From the NCBI RefSeq assembly GCF_009914755.1, contig NC_060926.1: a DNA stretch of 64,000 nucleotides; one strand, written 5' to 3'. Numbering within the stretch: position 1 is the first letter of the stretch; each line of letters opens with the position of its first letter. This DNA comes from the human T2T-CHM13v2.0 reference genome, Homo sapiens. Made by a program: the position numbers and the translations under genes. Below, in pieces: positions 32,232-45,459 of the stretch. The notes beneath the pieces were generated by a model. That model was not told where the DNA came from, did not search any database, and saw nothing but the letters and a program-made list of their open reading frames with translations.

Positions 32232-35200
32232 ACTCCAGAGCCAGGTGCACACCTGCCAGGTGAAGGTGAGATTGAAGATAACCAGCTCCCCACATCCCCT
32301 GCAGAACAAGTGGAGCAGGGATGGAACCAGCAAACAGACCGCGATGATTCTGAAACGCTGTCCCAGCAGAGTGAAAGTGGATCAGACACAAAAACTGACC
32401 CCTTTGAAAGTGCCTCTGACACAGAGTCCTTGTCTGGGTACCTCCCGAGGGGAGTCTTCCACCCTCTAAGAGGTACTCCCGTAGATATAGAAGCACCTTG
32501 GGAATACCCTGATGTCTCAGCAACTGGACCCCCTCAGGAGCAGCATTTGACCAGTGTTCCTGGGCTTCATGCAAAGGAAGAACTCGATTTGTCCCCTAGC
32601 TTAGAGGATGACTCTTGCAAAAATGGGTGGCGAGCCTTTGCCACAGTTGCTGGAGAACAGGAGGCAGGACACCTCTGGGACTGCGCGACCAGCCTGGAGC
32701 GAGAGTCTTTGCTGGCAGGGGTTCCCCGACACACAGGGTGCTGCTTACAGAGGGCCACAGACAGCAGTGGTCCTGAGCCAGTACAGGGGGTGGCTGTTCA
32801 AGACCTCAGAGGGCTCTCCAGTGTTTCTCTTCAGAAATCCAGGTCTGAGAGCTATCTGGGCATCCCAGTGGTCTGGCCCTTCCTTCTCTGGTGCTGTGAA
32901 CTGGGTCGGAGTTGGCCACATATCCACAACAGGGCCAGGGCACCGGTGCTACCTAGCAGAGGCCCACTGGACAACACAGCCCCTCTGGGGACCAGGACAA
33001 AGAAGGAAAGTACTCTAGGCCCTGCAGGGGACACAGAATTGCTCTGGTCCCAGCCCCACTCGGATGTCCCCTGCCAGCCTCCTTTGAGGACATCTTGCCT
33101 CCTACGCACCAACCGTCACCATAGTGCCCCAGAAACTACTGGTGACAAGAACAGGGCATCCCCCAGACTCAACTGTGGGCACATGAGGGCACTGGTCAGG
33201 GCCCATTCCATAGCAGGGTTTTCACCAGAGTGCCCCGAGGATCCCGTGGGACAGAATGTTGTGAAGTCTGGGACCCATGTGAAGGAAGGGGCCAAAAATG
33301 AACGAGATCCAAGAATACAAAACATCCCTTCCCCTGCACCCACCCAGCTGTCTGGCCCGATTCCTGCTTTTCAGAGTGGGGCTCCCCATCTGCAGGGTCC
33401 CTGCAAGCCTGGTGGGTTTCGCTTGCAAAGGGCCTCTCAGGACACTCCTTCTGCAGGTCTCCTGGGGGAAAACCAGTTAAGACAGGATTCCAGGTCATGT
33501 CTGGTGGCTTCATGCCTCACCTCAGAGTTAGTGAAGCTCAGTGCAGAGGAAGTGCCTGAGCCCGCTGAGTGCAAGTCAGAGCAAAGCCCAGAAAGCAGAA
33601 CCCAGGAACCCCAAGGCACCCAACTCGCACCAAGAGCTGCTGATGAGAGAGAGACACAGAAGCACCTCTGGGGCATTTCTGTCCAGGCAGGAAACCAAAC
33701 CAGTAATTACACATCAAAGTATGTGCTCAGCGAGGAAAGCAAGTCACCTACCAGGGCCAAGTTCCCACGGCAGCCTAGCAGTGAGGGGACCCAGGTGTGG
33801 AGTGGAGACTTGATGGGCTGCTTGGAAGTGAGTGACAGTTCAGATGCCCCTGAGACCACCCAGAAATCAAGCGCAATAGACACTTCAAAGGCAGCCGAAG
33901 AAGCCATGGTTCTAGACCCCAACTACAGGGAACAGGCTTTGCAAGGTCTTTCAGAATTCAAGGCAGCCACGGTGTCTCACTGCGGCCCCGGGGCTGAGGA
34001 GGGTGAACAGGGGCCTGGGGGTGCCGGGGGCCGGCAGCTGGAGCCCAAAGCAGGCGGCGAGGCCTCGAGGGGCAGGGGCGCCCTCATCATTGTAGCTGTG
34101 GAGCAGAAAGGTCTTCAGGCCAGCAGGAGCAATGCGGGGCCTGTTCCAGAAACACTGCCCCGTGACTTTCCTAAGGAAAGACCAGAATCTCCCTTGAGCA
34201 CTGGCGAGACCCCCTGTGAGTCTCCCACTAGGGGGAAAACACCAGCCGGTAATGAGTGTGAGTTGCCAGCAGCCCCCATACAGGGAGCTGGCGATGGGGC
34301 TCTTCAGCGGGTGGCCCAGGCCGCAGAGCTTGGGAGAGTGCTGGTCCCCCAAGCTGCTTCGGAAGAGACGCCGAACACAGAGGAGCCCCCGGGAGAGAGA
34401 CTGCGTGGGGAGAGCCGGAGCTCCGGGTCAGGGGAGCGTGGCCCGGAGGAGGCCCCCGAAGGCGGTGCTGCAGCAGCCCGGGGCCAGCGCCCCCGCGTCC
34501 CCGCCTTGGAGCCGCCCCAGCCGCCACGCGGGCTCCGCAAGGGCGCGCAGGAGCCTGGGAAGCGCCCGACGTTTTCCAAGGTGACCTCCTTCAGGAAGGG
34601 CAGGCCCTTGGCCACTGAGAGCCCAGGAGGGGTCCCGGCCCCGACCACCGAGGGTCGCCGCTGGGGCTCTTCAGGCCCCGAGGGGCTCCCCAGGGAGAAT
34701 CCGCCCGCTGCGGCCGGTCGGGACGCACCGCCTCTGCACCACGGGGACGCCAGCGCCTGGCCCGAGTTTGTCCCGCAGGCTGCAGGCGACAGGACTGCAG
34801 GGCCGGCAGGAGCGGGGCACACGGGGACCTCAGGGGATCTTGGTAGCCGAGGGCCTTCCTCTGAGAGCTGCAACGCAAAGAGACTCAAAACAACGGAGAA
34901 AAAACTCAGGGCAAGGTTGGCCTTGGCTCATAAGACCTTTTCAAACTTTATTGAGTCAATAGTTCTAGAGAAAGAGAACACCCATGAACGTTCCCCAAGT
35001 TCTCCCAAGGGCGAGAAGGAGAAGAGCAGGCTGCGCCAGGGTTCCTGGCGGGCGTTTCTGAAAAGCAAAGATGCCGGAAGCCCCAAAAAGCCCACCCTAG
35101 TGAGTCTGCCTCTAGGACCCGAAGTTCTCTCCCCAGCAGAGACCGACAGCCACTGTGAGGAACGGGCGGAGGACAAAGAGGGCTATGTTTTTAGCGATCA

Positions 35201-35744
35201 CTGGGCACCCCCACTTGCCTCCACACCTTTGTCCTCCAGTTTAGTTTCTCCAGAACACAGGAGGAAAAGTGAACCGACCATCAAGTGCACAGCCACCCAG
35301 GAAGGCGGTAGGTACCTACCTTCAGGTATCTTTCCGGAAAAGTCCTGGCTGGCGTCCCCCGGCAGCCCTCGGGCCCAGCAGGCTGGAATCGCACACACCC
35401 TGCCTTCCAGCTCTGCCTGCTGCCTGGCATATGAAAACCCCGGGACGCCCTGCAGACCCACGAGCCCCAAGCCCCTGAGTCCCAGGCCTAGTGCTCAGCG
35501 GATGGGTCTCCACTACCCCGGGAGGGGTAGCGCCATCTCCATGGTTTCTCTTGGAAGCTACAGCTACGTGGACAGCAGTTCAGGGGACCCTGAAAGACCC
35601 AAGATTCCCAAGGGCCAGACCAGTTTCCTGCTTTCTCTGCAGACGCTAAACCAAGATGAGCAGAAGGAAGAGAGCAGGGAAGGAGGCCAGGGTCCGCGCG
35701 GCTTGGGCACAGTGCCCTGGCTCAGGGACCTTCCTGGGAGTGAG
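32232..35744 (+). CDS. ARHGEF4: Giant internal coding exon of the long ARHGEF4/ASEF1 isoform (TPEPGAHLP...LRDLPGSE), 1,171 codons
   Basis: Stop-free 1192-aa ORF (32178-35756). Branch-like CTGAC, pyrimidine tract and CCAG acceptor end at 32231; donor is GAG|GTGAGT at 35744/35745. Length 3513 = 3x1171, phase 0 at both ends, in frame with the ASEF exon at 49220. Confidence 0.92.
33970..34850. promoter_or_regulatory. Exonic CpG island / candidate internal promoter
   Basis: Visibly dense CpG and high GC (e.g. 34380-34830) compared with the CpG-poor 5' part of the same exon. Confidence 0.7.
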
Positions 35745-36046
35745 GTGAGTATCTGAATCGCACCAAGCCTTTCCTGACCTCTGCAGGCAAGAGAAGGAGG
35801 GGAGCAGGCGGGAATCTTCCTGAGGGGAGAGGTAAAATAGGAAGGCCAGGCCAAAATTGCCCCCGTTACACTCCCAGCCGCCCCCCCTCCCCCAGTGAAC
35901 ACAGCGGGTGACCAACTTCTTGAACGTTACCAAGCTAACAAGCCAGAATTGGCATTTCATGATCATTTCGTGTTTTTCTTTAATTTCAAGCCATTTGAAT
36001 TTTCTTTTGTATGAACTGCCTGCTCCCTGGGCACTGCCCATTTTCT

Positions 36047-36318
36047 TTTCTTTTCTTTTTCTTTTTTTCTTTTTTTTTTTTTTGAGACGGAGTCTCGCTC
36101 TGTCGCCCAGGCTGGAGTGCAGTCGCTCCATCTCGGCTCACCGCAACCTCTGCCTCCCGGATTCAGGCAATTCTCTGCCTCAGCCTCACGAGTAGATTGG
36201 ATTACAGGCACCCGCCACCACGCCTGGCTAATTTTTGTTATTTTAGTAGAGACGGGGTTTCACCATGTTGGCCAGGCTGGTCTTGAACTCCTGACCTCGT
36301 GATCCACCCGCCTCGGCC
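36047..36318 (-). mobile_element. 5'-truncated Alu with perfect 17-bp TSD
   Basis: GGCACTGCCCATTTTCT at 36030-36046 and 36319-36335. Confidence 0.95.
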
Positions 36319-36659
36319 GGCACTGCCCATTTTCTATTGAACGGTCTGTGCAGGCTTTTGTGTTAAACCTAGTTCTTCTCCACTGTGGCATTTAAAAAAA
36401 TTCCTCATGTTGTCTTCTAGTACTTTAATGGCTTCTACTTTATCGTATTTAGAATTTGATCCAGCTGGACTTACTTCGTATAAAGAGACAGGAAATGTTG
36501 GTGCTTCTGAAATGTTTAGTGCAGTAAGATGGTCTCTCCCACAAAGTGACCGCTTCTGTCCAGGATAGGTTAGCAGGGTCAGGCACAGAACGGAGCAGAG
36601 AAGGGTTGGATTTCTCATCCCAGCTGCCCTTGGAAGGAGAGAGCTTTTCTGGAAATTGC

Positions 36660-36970
36660 AGAGCGTGCCCTGGAGACTGCGAAAAGTAAAAAGTAAGGCT
36701 CCCTCGCTTCTTTAGACCAAGCGATGCCGAGTCTTCCGCGCGCCCAGAGCCGGGGAGCGCAGGCCACAGCCACCCCACGCGGTGGCCTCTCGGGCGCTCC
36801 CCTCCGCCTGCAGGCAGATGTCAGCCACACCTGGGCTCACGGGCTGCGCAGCTGGGAGGGCGGCAGATAAGGTGCTGGCAGAGCGCCTCCAGGCCAGGTG
36901 GGCTGCTAAGAGGGGCGGAGCTGGGCGAGAAGGGGTTTCCCAGCAGAGCATCCCACAAGGCCGAGTGGAC
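36660..36970. promoter_or_regulatory. Small intronic CpG-rich element with GC box
   Basis: CpG cluster (CCGCGCGCCC, GGGCGCTCCCCTCCGCC) and GGGGCGGAG at ~36912-36920. Confidence 0.55.
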
Positions 36971-37810
36971 AGCATACATTGAAATAGGATCACTACCAGC
37001 AGGAAATGGCTTCACCTCCTCAGTCTGTTTGTGTATCTCTACGCAGTTAAACACTAAAGGTTTTTTGTTGTTTTGGGGGGAGGGTTACTTTTTTTCGTTA
37101 CTGTTACTACTGAAGTTTAAAAACAAAGCCAAACAATACAGATGTAGAAAGGAAAAGGCCTCTCCCCAAAACCGTCTAATCCCACTCCATGCAAGGAAAC
37201 ACTGCCCTATACTAAGGTGTCTCATCTTTCATTGTGTTCTCACACAGGGCTTATGGGGCAGTTTGGGGAGAGGGAATTACACCGCGGGGTCAGACATACA
37301 CATTGCTCTGCATCTTTCTTGCTTGCTTAATACAGCAGGTAAAGCCCTCCAGCGCCTCATGTTCATGGCTCTGTTTAGAAGTTCCATAATAGTTCAGAGT
37401 ATGGCCATGCTGTATTTCCTTTCACGGTTCTTCTACTGATTGGCATTGAGGTAATCTCTAGTTTGGGGTCTTTATAAATAACGCTTCAGCAGCACCCTTG
37501 AGCATGCGTCCTTAGATATCGATGCTTTTATTTATGTCTGTTGGATATAAAAGTGGGATTGCACAAAGGGCAGGGGTATTTTAATAGCTTTCAGATTACT
37601 TCTGAAATGATTGGCAATCAACACTCAACAGCAGTATCTGAGTGCCCATTTCCTCACACCCCTCCAACTTAGTTGCTTATTGCCCTTTTGTGTTTCTGAT
37701 CACCTGAAAATACATAGAGAACTTGATTTACAAGTAAAAAGACATTTTAGTGTTAGGCAACTCAGAGTTAAATCAAGTAGTCAAAAAAAGATTTTACAGT
37801 ATTTGAATTA

Positions 37811-38560
<750 letters not shown>

Positions 38561-39448
38561 AGTTGGAGTCTGCATGGGTTTTAACAAATAGTAAGTGAGA
38601 TGATGATTATAAAGTATACAGCAAAGGGCCAGGCATGAAGCGGGTGCCAGATAAATGTGAGTTCGTATTCCTCTTTATGTTTCATTCCTTACTGGAGAAG
38701 AGGAAGGCCTAGTACACTGCGCCATCAGACCACAGACAGGAGAACAGCAGGTACATAGGGAACGGGAAGGGAAGCAAAGCTCAGAAAGGTTCCCTCTGTC
38801 TGGTAGAACCCTGGATGGTGCTGGAATGTGAAACTCCCCTTGGAGAAATGACTGCGCCATCTTGTGGGCATTCCTGGGAGAGCAGGCTCTGATGGTGAGA
38901 GTAATTTGCAAGGAATTCAGTCAGTTATTCCCACTTCGTATTAAGGAGCAGCAGTTCTCTTATCCCAATCTTTTAAAACAACCATTCTTAATATTTTGTT
39001 GTTTACTTCTAGATTTCTTCCACAGACAAGTTTTATATATGTAACATAGCTGTGATAATATCGTGTATAGAGATCTTAATTTTCTGTGACTTTACATCCT
39101 GCAGTTTCTTTAAAGCTTTTCAAAGTCAAGAAATAGAGAAGACTTACAGAACAGCATAATACATAAATGTGTAGACATATATTGTCAACAGACACTGGAT
39201 GACCTCCACCAGGTCATGAAACACCACATCCCCCACCCTGCCCCCTTCCTGCCACCTCCCTTCCTCCTCCCTGCCCTACCCACTATGCCCCATCTCATGG
39301 TGTTCACTTGCATTTCATTATCGTGTTACTACTTTATTACTATGGGTGTGGGGGTGGCCTGTTTTGAGGTTTATATAAACAAAATCTTACACATTGCTTT
39401 AAACTTTACTCAGTCTATTTTGTGTCTGCCTTCCCCTGCTCTAATTAA

Positions 39449-39553
<105 letters not shown>

Positions 39554-39876
39554 TGAATTGCTCCGAATCATCATAACACATTGTATTTCTCAGTGAGCTG
39601 CTGATGGACTTGGGGGTTGTGCCCGTTTGGGGCTGCTGTGAACATTTGGGTCAGGGGCCTACTGCACGTGCATGTATATTTCTGTGGGTTGCATTTTAGG
39701 GGTGTCCTTGGGGGATGCATATCTTTAGTCATACTAAATACTGTCAAATTATTTTTCCAAAGTGATTGCATCAAATTACACTCTCTCATTAGGAGTATCC
39801 TTTGCTCTCTGTTCTCATTCACATTTGGTTGATACTGTCAGCCTTTTTAATTTTAGCCATTCTGCTAGGTGTGTAG

Positions 39877-41472
<1,596 letters not shown>

Positions 41473-42047
41473 CATAATGATATCTTTTGATGAACAGAAA
41501 TTCTCAATTTTAATGTTGTCAAGTGTATCCATCTTTTCTCTACCCCAAGGTCATGAAAAGAATCCCTTAAATTACCTTCTTAAAAACTTTCACGGCCTTG
41601 CTTATTACATGTAGGTCTCTGAGATGCCTGTAACTGGCATTTGTGTTCCATTCATCTGTTTGTCCGTCCTTCTGACACAGTATCTTAATCACTGTAGCTG
41701 TACAGTAAGCATTACTGACCAGTCTACCAGTTCCTCTCACGTGGTCATCAAGTCGATAAACTGAGCTCGCTGAGTGCCACTTGTGGGCGGGCAATGTTCT
41801 AGATGCAGCGGACACTGTACTGAATAATACAGCAGGATGTCCGTCCTCACAGCAGGACAGCATGCAGCAGTCAATAAATTAGTGAGCGAGTAAGATCATT
41901 TCAGATAAAAGGAAATGAGAAAGAGAGTTGAGAGGTTTGACGGTGGGGCACCCTTGGCTTGGAGATTTTGGGTCTGACATGTGAACCAAGTCTCAACTGA
42001 TGAGGAAGCCATAGAGCCCTGGAAGGTCCAGCCTCATATGTTAGTAA

Positions 42048-42425
<378 letters not shown>

Positions 42426-42525
42426 TAGCTGCAGTCTTGATAGGATTGTTTTCCTCACCTGTAGATTGCTGTAGAATTTAACCCTCACAGTTTCACCTCC
42501 CACCTGTGAGACCGTGGCATAGTTC

Positions 42526-42756
42526 CTTTTTTTTTTTTGAGACCGAGTCTCACACTGTCACGGGCAGTGGCATGATCTCGGCTCACTGCAACTTCCGTCT
42601 CCCGGGTTCGAATTATTCTCCTGCCTCAGCCTCCCAAGCAGCTGGGATTACAGGCACCCGCCACCACACCCAGCTAATTTTTTATAATTTTAGTAGAGAC
42701 GGGGTTTCACTCTGTTGGCCAGGCTGGTCTCGAACTCCTGACCTTGTGATCCGCCC
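42526..42756 (-). mobile_element. 5'-truncated Alu
   Basis: AGACCGTGG flanks both sides. Confidence 0.9.
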
Positions 42757-43277
42757 AGACCGTGGAGTATTTCTGCGTGTGTGTATGATGCAGACCAGCA
42801 CGAGGCAGTCCTCTGGTGTGAAAGGTGCTGTTTGCATTTAGAGATTTCTTTCCTCTGGGATTTCAGGTTTGGGGGCAGAGAGCCTTTGATTCCAGGGGAA
42901 GCAGGCTCCAGCGTCTGCTGAAGGCATGCATACAGGATCATGCCCCTGGCTGGAGGGGCTTAGGAAGGACACCAAGACCGAGAGAGAGCAGGACAGAAAT
43001 AGCTGTGGCTGGGCAAGAGGAATGAGAGGAGACTGGAAATTCAAAACTCCTGTGAGTGTTTTAATACCCACTCTGACCTGACGGTGAGCCTTGGGTTAAG
43101 ACCACACTGAGACCCAGTTTCCTTGTCTATCAAGGATTGGACCAAGTGATTTCCTAGGTCTCTGCTGGGTGTAATATCCACTTTATGGAATGAATGCTGG
43201 ATAGCTTTCCTGTCTACCAGCCACAGTTCTAACTTTGGTGGCAAGATTCCAACATACTGTTTCTGCTTAGGAGTTCT

Positions 43278-43279
<2 letters not shown>

Positions 43280-43313
<34 letters not shown>

Positions 43314-43335
43314 CTGAGAGAGAGAGAGAGAGAGA
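43280..43335. repeat. (TG)n-(GA)n compound microsatellite
   Basis: Directly visible. Confidence 0.95.
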
Positions 43336-43344
43336 ATGAACATT

Positions 43345-43705
43345 TTCTAGCCTTTAAAATGTTTATAATCTAAAATTTGTATGGAGAGATACATACCCTA
43401 AAATAGTTAAAACAATTTTGAGAAAGAAAAATCAAGTGAGGGGAATCAATAATTGATATTAATTCATGCTTATTACATAAAGTAATCAAGACCATGTAGT
43501 ACTGGGGGAGGGAAAATTACATAGAGTAATGGGAAAGAAGAGAGAACACAGAAATCGACCCACACAAATATACCCACCAATTTTTAGGTGCAAAAGCAAT
43601 TCAATGGATAGTCTTTTCGAGAAACAATGCTGGAGCATTTGGACATCCAAAGCAAAAAAAGAAAAACTTCGACCTAAATCTCACAGTTTATTTAAAAATT
43701 AATGC
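43345..43705 (+). mobile_element. L1M ORF2 fragment (sense)
   Basis: AAAACAATTTTGAGAAAG...GTAATCAAGAC...GGTGCAAAAGCAATTCAATGG. Confidence 0.75.
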
Positions 43706-44237
43706 AAGAACTTCCTTTAGCCATTATTTAAGGGTAGATCTGCAGGCAATAAATTCTCTCATTCTTCCTTTCTTTGAGAATGTCTCAATTTTCCCTTCAT
43801 TACTGAAGAATATTTTCACTGGATAAAAGATTCTAAGTTAATAGTTATTTTCTTGAAAAGTGACACTTGAAAAGTTTTGTGTCACTTCCTTCTGGCCTCC
43901 AGGTGTCTGATGCCTTTTAAAATGTTTTTCTCTTATAAGGAAGGTGTCTTTTTACCCTCTCACTGCTCTCAATATTTTTTATTTGTCCTTAGATTTCAGA
44001 AGTTTGCTTATGTTTCTTCTTCATGTGGATTTCTTTGGATTTATACTATGTGGACTTTGCACAGCTTCTTAAATCTATGGGTTTATATCTTTGGCCAAAT
44101 TTAGGAAATTCTGAGCATTATTTCTTTAAATACTTTTTCACCCCAACCCACTTTGTCCTCTCTCTTTTGGACTCCAGTTATCTAGTGTTTGATCTTTCTT
44201 TGCAGTCTCACAGGTCCATGATGCTCTATTTGTTTGG

Positions 44238-44240
44238 TTT

Positions 44241-44334
<94 letters not shown>

Positions 44335-44335
44335 T
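44238..44335. repeat. (TTTC)n tetranucleotide STR
   Basis: About 24 units, directly visible. Confidence 0.97.
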
Positions 44336-44969
44336 CGTCTGTTTTCTCTCTGTTGTTCAGATTGTATAATTCTGTCTCTTCCATCTACAAGTTCACTGAT
44401 CCTCTTATCCTCTCCATTCTCCTGTAAGCTGATCAACTGAACGTTTTATTTCAGTTACTATATTTTTCAATTCTATAATTTCCAGTTAGATATTCTTTAT
44501 ATATTCTATTTCTTTGCTAAGATTTTCCATTTTCTGAGCTGTTCTATTTTTCATTTGTTTCATGAGTATTTGTATTGCTTTTTGAAGCATTTTTATGATG
44601 GCTGCTTTAAAATCTTTGTTTGATAATTCCTGCACCTCTGTCTTCTCAGTGCTGGTGTCTGTTGACTCTCTTTTTTATTCAAGTTGAGATTTTCCCTGTT
44701 CTTGTTATGATTAATGAGTTTCTATTTTATTCTGGATATTTTGGGGAGTGGAGTCTTTGTATCTTATTTAAATCTTGTTTTGGAAAACCACCTCTGACTC
44801 CACTTTGGTGTGGGAAGGTGGGCACTACCTCATTACTTCCAGGTTTGGGTGAAACCCTACATTCCTTTATTGGCCTCTATTGACACCTTATGCAAGGATG
44901 GGTGTTTCATTTACTAATAGGCAGGGATGAGAGTTAAGATTTTACAACAAGCTTGCACCGATAGCTTGG

Positions 44970-45065
44970 TGTAAGAGTTAAAGAAAGAGGAAAGAAACAC
45001 AAAAAGTGGCTCAACAGTCAAAGACAGGTTTATTTTGGAAAATAAACCTGAGAGGGACTTCTGGC

Positions 45066-45102
<37 letters not shown>

Positions 45103-45459
45103 GTCAGGAGCACTCTTACAGACTAAGAGTATGTATTGGTGAGAGAGCTTATTACAGGCTTGGAATATTTCTGTTGGGGGGAGAAGTTTATGGTGGGGTT
45201 GGAATGTCTCTGGTTGGAGGGGAGGTTATCTTGGGGCTGACATCTCTCTGGCTGAAGGAGAGGTTATCTTGGGGTTGGCATGTCTCTGGTTGGGGAGGGG
45301 TTTGGAATGTTTCTGGTCAGAGACGTTATTTGTGGTTTATGGTCATGTTGATTTTAGCCATTAGGTTGATGCCCTTTAGATTTAGGCAGTTTTTGATCAA
45401 GGTGGACTTTAGAATGGCAGTGGGTGCTTGTCCAAGATGGTGATACTCCTGCTCTGTCA
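44970..45459 (-). mobile_element. ERV1 solo LTR (LTR15/LTR46-like)
   Basis: TG...CA termini; minus strand starts TGACAGAGCAGGAG..CCATCTTGGACAAGC; degenerate 4-bp TSD TTGG/GTGG; internal U3-like repeats. Confidence 0.75.

Noticed and set aside
34304-34888. 194-aa antisense ORF and other alternative-frame ORFs over the giant exon
   Set aside because: Expected from GC-rich, stop-poor sequence; no independent support.
45170-45330. Spaced imperfect direct repeats (GGGTTGGAATGTCTCTGGTTGG...) resembling an array
   Set aside because: Internal repeats of the ERV1 LTR; not CRISPR-like, and the context is eukaryotic.
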